A DNA stretch of 64,000 nt from Flaccisagitta enflata (lineage: Eukaryota), in the NCBI GenBank assembly GCA_965153355.1, contig OZ231126.1, positions 42,966,001-43,030,000 of the forward strand, written 5' to 3'. The position numbers were made by a program, and so were the translations under genes. Positions 25,811 to 41,696 of the stretch are shown here, one piece after another (the stretch's first letter is position 1; every line of letters starts with the position of its first letter). Under the pieces are notes generated by a model. The model did no database searches, was not told the origin of the DNA, and saw only the letters and a list, made by a program, of their open reading frames with translations.

Positions 25811-27169
25811 CACCGCTTTCAGATCAAAATGTCGCGAAAAGAAGATATATTACTCCTAAAATACTTAAGACAACTACTTGATTCTTTTTTTCTGTGGTAG
25901 ATAATTTGATTAAGTTTTGTTACAAAAAAAGAATTGAAGCCCCAGTGTTGATATATTTGCTGTAAATTTCATGACAGATACTAGTCGATGTCAGCCAAAA
26001 ATGGCCTTTTTCCATGGAAAAAATGAGGTTAGATAACAGGCTGCTATTAGCAGCAGTGCTTTTTTTTCAACAAGAGTGGTCCTACAGTGTTGGTTATGAG
26101 CAATTAATAAAGTTTAGTTTGAAATACTAAAAGATTTGACTTATGTGATGCAGTAATGATTGATTTTTACCCCAAAACACCCCAAAAACCTCAAGATGTG
26201 GGAAAATTTTGAAAAATTGTCTGCAAATTGTTCAAAATTAAAATCAGTGAGAGAATTTTTTCCCTACAACATAATATACATTAGACTCTCTTGAATTCTA
26301 GACAAAGCCCAGCAATTCAGCTCAATTTGAGAAGAAATGACAACTATGAAATATAGTTAAGAAAAAGTTGTTGGGAAAAAAATCCTTCTATGTGAAACAT
26401 GCAATATTCATTTACTGTGAGTAGGCGGCTAAATTTTTTTAGTTGGTGGGACATTCTTTGCTTGTAGCAAAACTTAATCAAATTATCTAACACATGCGCC
26501 ACATTTAGGCGGAAAATGTGGGAACATAGTTATCAACGTAAATAAAACTCTAGTACCATGAAATTTGAACTGGAGGTAGCTTTTTAGTAGAATTTCTATT
26601 TAGTGTTACAATTCAATCATGATTCGATTCATAAATGGGGTATTTCAGCCAACATGTTGAAATTTCAGTATCAAAATGTTGCTGATTTTTCCCGCTTTGA
26701 AATCAATTGAAATTGATCATCTTTAAAAGACTTTTACAGGACCCTGAGTAACAGAGAGTGACCATGAGTATTTCTTAGTAATTGGATTGAATAATGCACA
26801 GTTTTTGGCCCTTTGAAAAGCGCAATAGTGGATAAACAGACAAAGAATGAAAAAATGCAGAAATTCAGTTTTTAAAATGCAGCTTATGCGGGTTTAAATG
26901 CAAAACACTATTTCTTACATTCATAGGACATCTTTAGACGTTGTTGAAGCCTTTTGTGACCTAAATTTGGTAATATACTTTCTCCATTTAAATGTGGAGG
27001 CTTTTTTGGCTTTTGATGACAATAATTAGACTCATTCCTCACTTAGTAGATCATTTTCCGCCTAAATGTGGCGCATGTGTTATCAGGGGAAAAAAGAAAA
27101 AACTCATTACTATGAATAGTTTTGGAGCAATATATCTTCTTTTCGCGACGTTTTGATCTGAAAGCGGTG
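25811..27169. mobile_element. Tc1/mariner-type MITE (middle layer), TA TSD
   Basis: TA|CACCGCTTTCAGATCAAAATGTCGCGAAAAGAAGATATATT...AATATATCTTCTTTTCGCGACGTTTTGATCTGAAAGCGGTG|TA. Confidence 0.88.
26488..27082. mobile_element. Non-autonomous TIR element (inner layer), superfamily uncertain
   Basis: Perfect 31-bp inverted repeat TAACACATGCGCCACATTTAGGCGGAAAATG / CATTTTCCGCCTAAATGTGGCGCATGTGTTA. TSD ambiguous (TA, TC or degenerate TTAA). Confidence 0.82.
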
Positions 27170-28889
27170 TACATTAGTGAAAATATTGAGCAGTTATTTA
27201 GCAGTTTTGAGAGTCCGAAAAAATAATTTTGGTTTACATTGCAACCAAAAAACTCAGGGACACAAGCATCAAATGAACAACTTATATCTCCAATATCAAG
27301 TTTGTCAAGTGAAATTAAGACATTTATTTACCTTCCTCCAGTTTAGGCTGTTATTCCAGGAACCCCACTGTACATATATGGTAAATCGTGTTCAAAAAGC
27401 AACGGAATACTATTCTCTAAGCAAGACAATAGGACTCTTGATTCTGTTTGCTCATCACAGATGTTGCCAATATCGTCAACAGAAACGAAAGACACTCACA
27501 TAATGATGACTAAGAAAACAACAGAAGAATGAGAGGAAGAGAGAGAGAGGAAGACTTACATTGTCACACTAACAGACGTGCAAACAGCCAGATAGACAGA
27601 AAGTGACAGAGAGTGAGTAAGACGAAGGAACTATGTCTATGGAGCGTGCGTCAGAATACATTGGAAGAAAGAGGTAACATGAGAGAACAAGTAATTCGGG
27701 GTTACAGTATCGTCGCGGGCGGGTGGGTATCACTCACAATCACAAGTTCACAACTGCATCTAAAATATGCACTTTCACAATTTTCGACTCAAGCATCATG
27801 GACTGATGGACCGAGGGATAGATAGACTGCCAAAGCCTCTTATAGAGTCGTGTGTCCGCGACTGAAAAAGAATCCCCAAGTATTGGCGCTTGGGAACAAG
27901 AAAAAATATGGCGAAGTGGGAGAAAGTATTTAATTCATGAACCTATTAAGAGAAAAAGAAGACACTGCTGTCATTAACGCACCACATAATTCATCAACCA
28001 CGCAGAAAAAAAAGTGCCGTCTTTTTCATCTTTTTTCTTATCAAGTTTTCAGTCTTGTGTTACGCGTTAATACAAGTACAAGTCACTTTGTCTGTTGGTC
28101 CTTAAAATGTGATTTTCTTTTAATCTTTTTGAATTTCTGAAGGTTGGCACAGTAAAAGTTTGATTTGCTCATTTTACAGCGATGTTTTCATTTTTATCGG
28201 CCGTGACGTTTGAAAGTCTGTAGCGCACGATGTTGTTCTCATAGAATTTATTTGTTTCGTTTTTATGCTGCCTCTTCCTGTTTCTTCAACATACATATAA
28301 GACGGTTAATTTTTGAAGGTAGAAATTAGTGTTTCAAACCAGTTTTTGCAATATTAGTTGAACAAGTAAAAAACTACAAATACTTTTCTTGGGCAAATTG
28401 TTTCTAGGGACACTTGGTGTGTACATCTTTGTCATAAGCTGACCTTATAGGTACCTTTAGATATGCAAATTACATAAAAAAGGCAAGAAAATCATGTTTT
28501 TTATGAAATTTTGCTTACATTTCTTTTTCTTTTTATGGTTGATATTCTAAGAATCTTAAATGCAGCAAAATTTTGCATTTTCAAAAACATAGTTCTCTCT
28601 GTAATTGAATTTCGAAGAGAACTATGTTTTCCTTTTTTTTTCATTTTTTCATTTTCTATGCAAATCAGAATTTCAACCACCCAGTGAACATAAGTGAAAT
28701 TTTCAGAAATATGCAGTGACTTTCCTTTATTAATCTTGGCCATATTAAGTTGATTTTTGTATTAGAATGTGAATCATGCAAAATATTACTAAGATCAACT
28801 TTTTTCACTTATTTCTTATTTTTCATATTTTTCATAATTTTCATATTATTATATAACCGGGACTATTTCTTTTTGTTTCAGTTTCTTTT

Positions 28890-29190
<301 letters not shown>

Positions 29191-29459
29191 TCATATCATC
29201 GTCTCCCCATCTCCGGAAAGGAAAGAGACGTAAAAAGAACGCCTAATTGTCCACATATAACTTATAAGATATTCAGAGTCAATTAGCATCCTTAATACTC
29301 GAGATGTTCAGTCGACTATGAGCCAATGGCGTCGTGTAAGCCTTCTCATGATGGTCAAAGTAATGAAGTAATGATGATATTTTCCCCGAGTTTTGCGCAG
29401 CCACGGGAGTGCAGAACGGGAAAAGGGGTATTTCCGAACGATGATGATGATGATAAAAT

Positions 29460-30396
<937 letters not shown>

Positions 30397-31435
30397 TTAT
30401 TTCTCGCTTTTTATGAATAGAAAGATCGTTATGTGGTTTTCTTATTTCCTGACGTGGGATTATTAAAAGTATCAAATGATCTCTCTGATCAAGAAATAGG
30501 AATAACCAAAGGAAGGTTTTCTTTTGATTTTGTTTACATTTATGAAACATATCCATGAACTATGTTCGTAAAACGGGATAAACAAGTGCCATTACAGCCG
30601 ATTATCATCACTTTCAAAGCTTCGCTAAGGAGAAATGCTAAATCAGTTGTGGTTCTCATCATATTCACTCGATTGATTATTTCTCCACAGCCCTCACACT
30701 ATGCACGACTACATGTAATGAATATAAAAAACGAATGTAGAATAGACATGCCTAAGATTCGTGAAGGTCAGATCAGCCTGTCGATACCAAAAGAAAGCTT
30801 CTGCACCAAAAAACACAAAAATTTGAAAGAAAAAAACTGTCAATTTTGACTTAGTTATGTTTAGAGTTCCAGCGCGAGATGTTGTTGAAGAATGATTGTT
30901 TGTGTCCAACCTGAAAGGTCCTAAATGTGCGTGTTTGTTTCTTTTCCGGTGTTTTCTCGTCGTCTTTTTCCCTTTTTTAGAACCTGGGTCGACTGTTTTA
31001 TCTTTTTCTTCTCGGCAGCTACCTGAAATAGAACAACAACCCCAGAACGAATAAGCTTAGAGGAATAAACAATGTGGTTTTGAATGATATTGAACATATG
31101 AAGTTATGTACACATGTTTATTTGTGGTGTTTAAATTCATTGTTATGGCTTTTTAGTCGCGTGCTATGCGACTCTACATCCCGCTTTGTCCGTCCATCGG
31201 TCGGTTGGTCCATCCGTCACATTGTACTTTTTTATGTTTTGCTCAAAACGACAAAAAGTTTAAGAACACCCAGGCTGAGTTACAAATATGGTGTCTCTTA
31301 CAGAAAAGAAAGGAAACAAACAAAAATAGTGTAGGGAGTGTTCAATGAGCACTGTTCATTCAATCATGGCCCGTCAAGGAGTACTGCAGACAACATGTTC
31401 GAGGAACCGTACTGTTTATATTTTTTTTTCTTTCT

Positions 31436-31543
<108 letters not shown>

Positions 31544-33175
31544 CGATTGGCTCAGTAGTGTTGTTCCGTTTTATCGAGTTTTCCTGGCTTAACCGTCATC
31601 TGACGAGCGCTTAACAGAAACATTTGCACCTGTCCTAAGCACTTTTTTGCCATCCTTTGCACCTCACCAACGGGCAACGGCGCAACCAGCAACAGACGCA
31701 CGTCAAATGCACCCCGGGAAGTTTTTAAGCCTGAGAAGAAATTTACAAAGGGTTCCAGCAGTTGATGGTCGCGTGCACGCGGCTCTGTAATCTACCAGGT
31801 CTGTCCGTCGTCCGATTGGTCAGTCTGTCCATCGATTTGCCTGTCGGTAGCTAACAGCTTAACACCTCGCGTTTTACAGGTCGTTTTGAAATCACTTACC
31901 CATCCTAAAACTAAATGCTCGGTTGGTCCATTTCATCACTGCCCCTGCTCAACGCACGCAACCTAGGTTATCGTGTATTTGTGTATTTTGTGTATTAGGC
32001 GAAATATGATACTTCGGAAAACTGTGAAGTTTCAAATGGCCAATATTCATTGCTTTTTGATTCATTTCTTACTCATGTTCCTTTTCTAAAACACTTGAGG
32101 GGTCGCCAATTAAGGGGAAAAGGTCGAAGTAATTTTTCAATTTCGCCAGTGCCCGGCTGCTGATTAGAAGGAATTCTGTTTGTTTGGTCGCAAATGAACA
32201 ATAAACATGAATACACAATCCATGTTTTGGCCCAATAGCCACCAGGTTTGATCCATGGACAGCAATCGAAGAGTTACTCTTTCAGTGACCCATAATATTA
32301 TCATGACATTACAAATGTGCCATAGATGAATCTGCCGGGCGAATCGCCCGGCAGAAGGACCAACATGTCCAACAACCAACAAATTGAGTCCCTAGAGATC
32401 CTTCATCAAACGTGTGCAAGATAAGCTTGTGCACCGTCATAATCGGATATAAATGGAATGAAACCAAACAAGAAAATAATCACTATCAATTACCTCAATC
32501 CGTTATGACTCGAGACTCAACAACTTACAAGATACTTAGTCTTTCCATCCGTCACTTCGTCACTCCACCTGTCCGTCCATGTGTAAGTCCGTAAAGCACG
32601 AGTGAATAGTCTTAGTCATACAGTAGATTCCCGATACGGCGATACCCCTATGTGTATGTGGGGTTGAGATGGTGAGAGGCTAGAGGGGCGGCGGCCTCGA
32701 CGAGACCGATAGCCTATGGTTAGGCTTATAGATAATCATGGCCATTAGGCCTCATGGCTGGAATTTGGGCCTCATGACTGGATTTGTGGCCTAAAGTTTG
32801 AGATTTGGACCTTGAGGCTTGGATCTAGATCGACTAGTCCTCGGAGGGAGGGGGCGGCATAGAAGAAGAAGTGGAAAAAGAAGAGGGAGGAGAAACTTCC
32901 CCCATGCACTTCCGTACCTGCCCCCCCCCTGTTCCTGTCCGCGACGGTAGTGTAACCCCGGATTACTTTTTCTCACATTTACTTCCTGTGATCTTTAAAA
33001 CCAGATAAGGAAAAAAAATAATCTCCCCTCTTTGAACCAAGAAATATTCATCTCTTTTTTTCCGTTCTTAATTTCTCGTCATCAAAGCTGATTTTCAGGC
33101 TCAGATCTTCACATTTTTCTTTTGCCACTTCATTTCGCACGTCTGTGGCTTCCTTTGCACCTTTCTTTCTTTTTT

Positions 33176-33207
<32 letters not shown>

Positions 33208-33225
33208 TTTCTTTCCTTCTCTCAT

Positions 33226-33377
33226 TTTTTTAGTTGCGGACACGCAACTCTGTGAGAGGCTTTGTCCGTCCGTTGGTCCGTCAGTCCGTCCGTCAGCACG
33301 AGTCGAAAAGTGGGAAAACGCGCATATCTGCTCCTGCCCGCCCGTCCGCAACTGGTGGCCGTGTATCCGACCTTGTT
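33226..33377 (+). mobile_element. DINE-1/HINE-like short element, family A
   Basis: TTTTTTAGTTGCGGACACGCAACT...GTCCGTCC...CCGTCCGCAACT-GGTGGCCGTGTATCCGACCTTGTT. Confidence 0.68.
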
Positions 33378-33871
33378 TTCATTCGTTCTATTTTTGTTTC
33401 CGTTTTTCTTGCTTTCTTCTGTTTTCATTCCATTCCTTTTTTCTTGCTCGCTTTGCCGATAAGGAGAGAGCAAAATCTTCGTTTGCATTTACACGGTCTT
33501 GATAAAAGATAATTCAGAACATACTTCCGGAATCACTATTGTTAGAAACTTACTGTGGGGACAAAAATACAATCATTCTAGAAAAATTTCAAACATGAGT
33601 AATTCCCCATCATCTAGTCTCCAGGATCCAAGTCCAGGACGTGAATGTGTGGTTCCAAATGGTACATCTTCGTGGTTATGAATGTGTTGCGGCGAATGGT
33701 GATTGTGGTCTCCTTGGTTGCAAATTGTGCACCTTGGGTGGCTCTTTGTGCTTATGAATGTGTTGCAGCCAATGGTGACAGTGCAGTGCAGTGCAGTGCA
33801 GTGGTCTCCCTGGCGGGGCGATGTGGCGTGGCAGACGTGGTCTATGTTGTCCAGATGGTTGTTGAAGTTGA

Positions 33872-33872
<1 letters not shown>

Positions 33873-33903
<31 letters not shown>

Positions 33904-33904
33904 C

Positions 33905-33999
<95 letters not shown>

Positions 34000-34018
34000 T
34001 TGTTGTTGTTGTTGTTGT
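33873..34018. repeat. (GTT)n microsatellite
   Basis: Directly visible. Confidence 0.97.
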
Positions 34019-34336
34019 GGCCCCAGGCAGCAAATGCTGTGTTAAAATGTTCATGAATGTCTATGTGGTCATAATGTGTGGCGTGGTCGTGAATGTGCTA
34101 CGGCGAATGGTGAGGGTGGGCTGTGTGGTCGTGATTTGTGGAAAGCCGTCCAATATTCCGACAGTTGCTCCGATAAGGACATCAACTTGGCAAATTCCTC
34201 CCCCTTTTTCTCTGCCTTTGAATCATGAACAAAGGCAATCGCATTTAATCTTCCGATTCTTTCTCAATTCATAACTCATTCGGGAGAGAGAGTGAGAGAG
34301 AGAGAGACAGGTAGACAGTCAGATAGTCCGACAGTC

Positions 34337-34413
<77 letters not shown>

Positions 34414-36395
34414 CATAAACAGTCAGATAGACAGAAAGACGGCAGACGACAAACGAAGGACTAAAAACAGACAAATTAACATACAGTAAAACACACAAAG
34501 AAAGAGATAAACAGACAGACAGAAAGTTGGCTGATAGTAAGCAGAAAAGAACCAGCCAGACACAAACTTGCTCATACAAGATTTGTTCCCAAGAATATTT
34601 GAACTTCCACTATAAAAGCACTGGAATGCTGTTTGCATAATCGCGTCTTAATCTTTATTACGCAGTTAAAGGGAGGTAACTGCGAGAATGAATATGAGGG
34701 CGAAACGACAAGAAGAAGCAGGAAGAAGAAGAAGAAGAAGAAGAAGAAGAAGAAGAAGAAGAAAATATGGAAAAGCAATAACACATAAGATATCAGTAGA
34801 TTTCTGCCTATACGATGCTTAATCTGAAAAGAAATACGTGACTAGTGTCACACAAAGCCGACCGTGGACAGGATGAAATTCATCAATTTTACATGTTTGA
34901 AAATTGAACAAATCCATATGTCATCATGTAGCTTACCTATTCTTACATATGAATCCATACTTAGATTTTCTTAAGTAAGCTCATTTTTCATGCAAATTAG
35001 GCTTAAATAGATACTTTTGGCAATTTTATTATTAGAAAATTTAGCTAGATACAATTAAGAAATCAATATGACAGTAAAATTCTTATTCATTACGTTCAAG
35101 CAAACATGTGTGATCATGTTTCTGAAATTTTTTTGAATTTTTTTAGTTTTTAAAAAAAATCTCTATAAGTACCATTTCTGGCTGGGTTGGCTGTTGGTGG
35201 AAAAAAATTTTCCCCAAGCTCTTTTTTATGCCAGTGACGAGAAATCCTTTAAGGAAGCTTCATGCAAAATTTCAACCAGATCGGTCCATTATTTTAGAAT
35301 TATGCCATTTTTTCATTTTTTCATCTGGTAGGCTGGTTGGTCTGGTTGGACTCCTCAACATTCTTTATGTCCCATCAGAATTTAGGCAAAGGACTCTCTA
35401 GATCCAGATACCAACCATGCAAAATTTCATCGGGCTAACTTAAATAGTTCTTGAGATATGCGAATTTGAATTTTGAGAAATTTTACCAAATTAAAACTTA
35501 AAAGCATCGCACATTTGTGTGAGAAGCGCTGTGTGGAAACAAAGAATTAACTACGAGACTTGGTCGGCGAGCGTTACAATTCAATTCTTATCTTTGTAGT
35601 GATCAACTTTGGAATTTCACTGTGAACAAACAATTTGGAGATTAGAATTGAAATTGTAGGTGTAAGTACAGAATTTGACCTTCTTTCCCATCATGTTGAT
35701 GAATTTTCCCTCAATCATGTTACTATGGCGTGGCATAGTATGAATCATAGTGTGACACAAATGTGACAGCTACAACAAGGAGCACCTCTGAATTGTAACG
35801 CTCCAGGAAAATGTTTATTTCTCTTGAATGAAATGGAAAAAATCACGAAAATCGGAGAAGGTCCTTCAACTGTCCTTAATCAGCAGGGAAAAGAAAAAAT
35901 GTAATAGTTGAATAAGACAGAGGACTTAAAAAAGCATCCGCCTATCCTTTGTGGGAATGACAGAAAAATAAAAGAGGAAAATGCCATAATTCAAATTCAT
36001 TTTGTAAATGCCACAGTTAAATATTTAATTCAAACTTTCTACACATATCAATGGATTGATAGTGATTGCTTACAAGCTATTGGATGACCCTCATTGACAT
36101 TTTTTGATTGGTTAAGCTTGCATTTTGCTTGCAGGGACAAAATCGGGACAGGCCAAAATAGACCCTTCTACCCCTGTTTTGGACCCCATAGGGGCAGTCG
36201 GTGTGGCAAAAATTGGTTTGGTTTGGCACACCAGATAGTTAGGTATGTTACCCAACCTTTGTGACCTTATGCAATTCAGCAGAAGAAGCGATAACACTTC
36301 TACAACGGTGGCGAGTCAGGGTTTCTCGCGCGCATGGCGAAACTCGGAATTAGTCACGTGTATACACAACTTTCAAAAGAAAAACAAGGCCGGAT

Positions 36396-38557
36396 CTCGG
36401 TCGCCACTCGCTACACTAGATACTTAGTATCGAGATCTGGATAATTTTTGGGGGTGCCTAGATACTAGAATAGTCATTTAGATACTGGATACTCTTCCAG
36501 ATACTTTTGAGAAAAAATCTAGATACTCCAGCTCAAATCTAGATACCTGAAGTAGTGGTTCTACATCATTCATTTAAGTATTCTTAACTCCTTTTTTTAG
36601 CTAATGGAATTAAAATCTGGGCTTAGAATATGAACGTGATACCTTGGCTAAGCATGTATATACCATATACAGATCCATATGTCTGTGAGTCATTGGATGA
36701 CACAAATTTGGCTTAAGTTTTTATCTTGGCTGAATTGCCTCTGCCTCAAGCATTCAGTGTTTTATAAATCAATTAAAGTTTCTCATAAAAAATGAATTTG
36801 GAATAAATGACATAAAATGACCTTGTCCTATATTAGCCTTTTGCCTTCATGGTTTCCCTTACAAAAAAGGCCCCAAATTGCTTACAGCATCTTGACCCAA
36901 ATTTTTTGTCGCATACGATATAACTGTACACTCAGCTTTGTTGGTCCATCTGTCAGTCCATCTATTGGTCTGTCCGTCCGTCACACTGGAATTTTTTTAT
37001 GTTTTTGTGGTCTTTATCCTTACTGCTCTTGCCCAAATGCTCTAGTGCCCTCAAATACAGCCCCTGCCCACCCGCACATGATTGGGGTAGCTGTGCGTCC
37101 GGCCTTGATATCAATGGAAATAGCCTTATCAAAACATTTGGGGCCAATAACAACTTTCCGTCCATTCTCATCCTCGTACCAAATCAAGTAGTACCTGTAG
37201 GGACTGGCTTTGTACATAAAGATGTGCCAATTTTTATGGTTATGTGATTGATTTTACTTATGGCTGCCATCTACCTCATTTTCTACTCAAGACATTGGAG
37301 ATGCTGGAGGCCAAAATACTTCCTGCACATTTTCATTGGGAAATGAGGAGGGTTGCGGCTATGAGTAAAACATGAGGCCATACAGGGTCTTCAATTACAA
37401 CTGATTTATTCTAAATTGATGGTGTGCCTCTCATAGTCAATCTAATGACTTCTTCTTTTTCTCCTCTTGTAGCATATTGTTTGACGTTTTTTGTATCAAA
37501 ATTTCAAGGGTTTTTTTCAAATAGTTTGTCTGTAATATCAATTTGAAGTATATCAGGTACTCATGGCTGTAACTGAAAAAAAATTGTTTTTTGTTTTGAT
37601 ATTTTTTTCAATTTGCTCTCATTTTATTTGGTTAGAGCTAGAGATGACTCATTGGTCTCAAATGAAACATAATTCAATCTACTTTTAAGAGAGTAAAAAA
37701 ATAGAAATATAGATTGCCAGTCATCATATATACAAACAACGATAAGGAAATTTGTTAGTTTGGAAAACATTGTATAAAAAATTGATTTCAAAGTCATCAC
37801 ATGGAATCATGATATCAAAACATTGTTCCATCTCAGGTAGTTTGAACAAGGCTTTAGACACATCATCCTAAGACTTTTTCCCAGTTTCTTATGAATGCAA
37901 GCAGGAGCAGTGGCACGAGGGCTTTTTTACTTGTTGGGGCATTGGGGCAGCGATGTCTTGCCTGTGCCAAAAGAGTTCATGGACTGGCTGGACAAGCAAT
38001 GGTCAGATGAACCTACAAAAGGACATGTGGACGAGCTAACTGACAGACTGACATGTCACCAATAAGAACAAGAAATTATCTTTCATCTTAGACCAATTAG
38101 GCTTCTGTTGCTCAAAAGATAAAGAAATGACGGCAGTTTGAAAAAAGATGTCATGAAAAACATGTTTTTTTTTCAGTTATAACCATTAATACCTGAACTA
38201 CTTCAAATTGTTGTTACAGACAAACTATTTGACAAAAACCCTTGAAATTTTGATACAAAAAACGTCAAACAATATGCAATAAGAGGAAAAAAAGAAAAAA
38301 TCATAATGTTGACTATGAGGGGCACACCACCAATTTAGAATAAATCAGTTGTAATTGAAGACTCTGTAAGACTTAACAAATCTTCTTTTAAAATGTACAC
38401 AGATTATCCCTGGTTGTTTTTTTATACCAGACATAACTATACACATTGATTTCTTTAATAAAACACTATTTGGATACTAATCTAGATACTAGCAAAACCT
38501 AGGCTTTCTGGATACTGCAGGCTCTTTCTGATGCTGTCCCACTACATGGCGACCAAG
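36396..38557. mobile_element. Putative hAT-like non-autonomous element with TAGATACT subterminal repeats, inserted in a HINE-like end
   Basis: 11-bp TIR CTCGGTCGCCA / TGGCGACCAAG. Many (T/G)AGATAC repeats near both ends. The TSD is degenerate. Confidence 0.5.
37383..38366. mobile_element. Tc1/mariner-type MITE, ~200-bp TIRs, TA TSD
   Basis: TA|CAGGGTCTTCAATTACAACTGATTTATTCTAAATTG...CAATTTAGAATAAATCAGTTGTAATTGAAGACTCTG|TA. Confidence 0.9.
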
Positions 38558-41013
38558 GGCAGATACCCACGGCCAATAAGCAGTCGCTGGCAGGTGGGCA
38601 GGCAGTACCTGAGAGCAGGGGCAGTCAATCAGTGGGCAGGGGCTATATTTTGGGTGGGCAGGGGCTGTGTGCTGGGAAGTCACAAATTGGGGTCAATTCC
38701 AGGGACTGGCATTCCGGACGGACAGACAGACCAAGGGACACACCTTATAAGTCGCTTAGCCAGCGACTAAGAATGAAAAGAATCTTAAAACTGGTAAGTG
38801 GTCAGCGGTACCCGTGCCCTGCTTGAGTAGAAAGTGATTTAGGTTGAGAGGAGCAGGGCAGCGGCCAAGAGGACGAAGTCTGTAGAACACAGAGAATCTG
38901 TCCCAGTCCGTCCGTCCGTCCGTCCGTCCGTCCCCGTCAAATCCGTCCGTCCTTCTGTCTGAGTTCCTTCTGTCTGAGATGCCCACTGTTCAAATTTTTC
39001 ATTGAGCCGTGGAGAAATGACCAAAAAAGCAGTATATGGACAATGGTACCCATGCGCTGTTTATAGTTTGTGGGTGAGCGTGAGGAGGAGCAGGCCAGTC
39101 TGGGTCTCTGGACAATTTAGGTCCTCAGGGCCAATTTCTTGGTCTTGAGGCAAAATTCAGTCTCTTGTGAGTTTGGGCAGTACTCTGAGGCTAGGATTTA
39201 GGTCTTCAAAATGAACCTAGGTCTGGGAGGTCAGAATCTGGGTCCCCCAGGTCAGGATCTGGGTGTCTGTGGTTAGGTTGAGGGTTGTAGGAGCCAGAAT
39301 CTAAGTTTAAGGGGCCAAAACGATAGAAATCAGGCCAGAATTCAGTTTTTCTTGCAAGATTTGGCCCATTTTGCTTGATTTTTGGCCATTTTGCTTAGAT
39401 TTGGCCCATTGCCTGGATTGTGTTGCCTGGATTTAGGCCATTTTGCTTGAATTTGGCCATACAGTTTTATTTAAAGAGGCAAGCCTGAGGTGGGGGCGAG
39501 GGACGGACAGACGTGCAGACGGACAAATTCCCCTGTGTTCTGAACCGTCTCGCGTGCACGCGACTAAAAAATGAAAGGAAAAAAGATAGGTTTGAGCAGT
39601 GGCCCAGAGTTGCGACCAGAAAATGACAGAGAGCGAGTGAGAAATGAGTTCTTTGAGTTTCGCAAAAGGGAAAGTAGGTAGCAGCAAAATCATTATTCAT
39701 GAATGTCGACAAGTCAAGACTTGAAAAGTTCTTTGGAACACAATAAAGGACTCGCGAAAGAGAAGGTTAAATACGTCAGAATGAAGAACTTGAGGGCTTT
39801 TCAGGGAGGTAGAAAAAAAGAGGGTGAGAAATATGATAGAAGGAGGAAGACAGTTCTGCCGAAATGAGAGAGAGAGAAAGAGAGAAGCTAGAAGACGACT
39901 GATACGTAAGTAAGATAGAGAAAGATGGAATAGAGTTTTTAGAGAGATAGAAGGAACAGCAAAACAGAAATAACAGAAAGAACAGAAAGAGGCTAGAAGA
40001 ATAAGCGAATATACAATATGCCATCTTTTATTGGCTTCCTCGGCAAACTTAATAACTAAGGTGATTTTTTTATTTTACACATACCCTCACTTTCTCTGAT
40101 TCTGTCAAAAAGCCACCTTCAATCGTTTCGCACATCTAATCAAATTAATTTTTTTTTTCTTTTAATTTCGGTAACAAACAGGTTACAAACATTTTCCTCT
40201 GACTTAATTCTAAAGTATTTCTTTTTTCTTTGATTAAATGAATTGTAGCGAGGGTTCACGAGGCGTCGCGGCCCTCTTCGGTTTGGCATAGTGAGGAACA
40301 GGAAACACAGAGTCAAAGAAAGAAAGAAAGAAGAAAAGAAAAGAAAAAAGAAAAAAGAAAAGAAAAGAAAAGGTGAATTATTTTGAAGAGAAAAGAAATA
40401 GAAAAAAAGAGATAGAAAAATAGGCAGAAATGAAATCACTATGACAAATGAAATGAAAGCAATTTAGTATAACATCTGCAGGTGAAATTCCCAAACAAGG
40501 CAGCATAGTCCATCAGGAAATATTGGAAAAAATTATTTTATTCTTGAAAAAAAAGAAGAAGAAGAAGAAGAAAATAGAAAGAAAAACAATTTGTTGGCTT
40601 TCGACTTGCCCTCTCGCGCCCCCTCACGCAATCTCAAGGCATCTCGCCACCTCCTCACTATATCCTCGGCACCTCCTAATTACCTCCTAGACATCCCCTA
40701 GGCACCTTGTAGGTACCTTTGCGGCACCTCCTAGGCCATTTCACTTTCCAGGTACCTCCTCGGCACCTCTGCAATAGATCTTGATTAGGTAATGGGGAAA
40801 AGCATAAGGTGAAGACAATTCAAGCTGGGGGAAGGATATCAAAAAAATATATGACTGAAAAGATGCTTTATTCCCTGTAATAGCTGGTTGCCTTGGAAAC
40901 ATACGTCCATGGTTTCCCACTAGAAATGAATAAAATGTCAATATTGTTAACAGAAAACGTACAGAAAAATTGCTTAGAATCAAATTTGCTACAAATACAT
41001 TCGCTGTAAGAAC

Positions 41014-41120
41014 TAGAGGTCGACCGAAGGTAGGTAATTCGAAGCCGAACCGAAGCCGAAGTTGACAGTGACTAACTGACCGAAACCGAAACCGAAGTTT
41101 ACCAAAGTCAGAAACCGAAG
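41014..41120 (+). mobile_element. hAT-like left-end fragment
   Basis: TAGAGGTCGACCGA followed by CCGAA subterminal repeats. No matching right end found. Confidence 0.45.
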
Positions 41121-41696
41121 TTTTATTTTAGTCGCTCTGTCGCTATGCCACTTTATTTGTCAATTGGTCCCCATTTTTCTTGGTTAGCATTTCTTAAGCA
41201 TTTTAAGCTCACTGCTCCAACTTAAATGCCACAATGACTTTCCCCATCATTGCCCCTGCCTATCTATAAATGACTAGAGTAGGGCTTCATGTATCCGGCT
41301 TAATTTGATTATATTGAATAAAAAATGTTTTTTGATTATAGTGAATAAAAAATGTTTAAAAAATGTTTTCTTTTATGCACGAGAAAAGAGAGAGAGAGAG
41401 AGAGAGAGAGAAACAAAAAAGATATGGAGAAAAAACAGTAAAAGAAACAAATGACTAGAGTAGGGCTTCATGTATTCGGCTTAGTTTGATTATATTGATT
41501 AAAAAATGTTTTTATTATAGTGAATAAAAAATGTTTAAAAAATATTTTATTTTATGCATTATTAGGACAGTGTCTGACCGAGTCAAGCAGGGATTATTCA
41601 GACGTCCTAAACATGCACACATGTCACACACACAACACACACACATATACATATACACACACACACAAACAACACACACATACACTTACACACACA

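Larger units (their letters stand above)
25408..27370. mobile_element. Tc1/mariner-type MITE (outer layer of a triple nest), TA TSD
   Basis: TA|AAGTGGGGTTCATGGAATAACAACCTGAATTGGAGGAAGGT...ACCTTCCTCCAGTTTAGGCTGTTATTCCAGGAACCCCACTG|TA. Central hairpin at ~25605-25805. Confidence 0.85.

Noticed and set aside
31600-31650. Hammerhead ribozyme core (CTGACGA...GAAACA...TGTC)
   Set aside because: Only a 3-bp stem III forms; stems I and II do not pair.
34850-35880. AT-rich MITE-like segment ending CTGTCCTTAA
   Set aside because: No matching opposite TIR or TSD could be found, so boundaries are not supportable.
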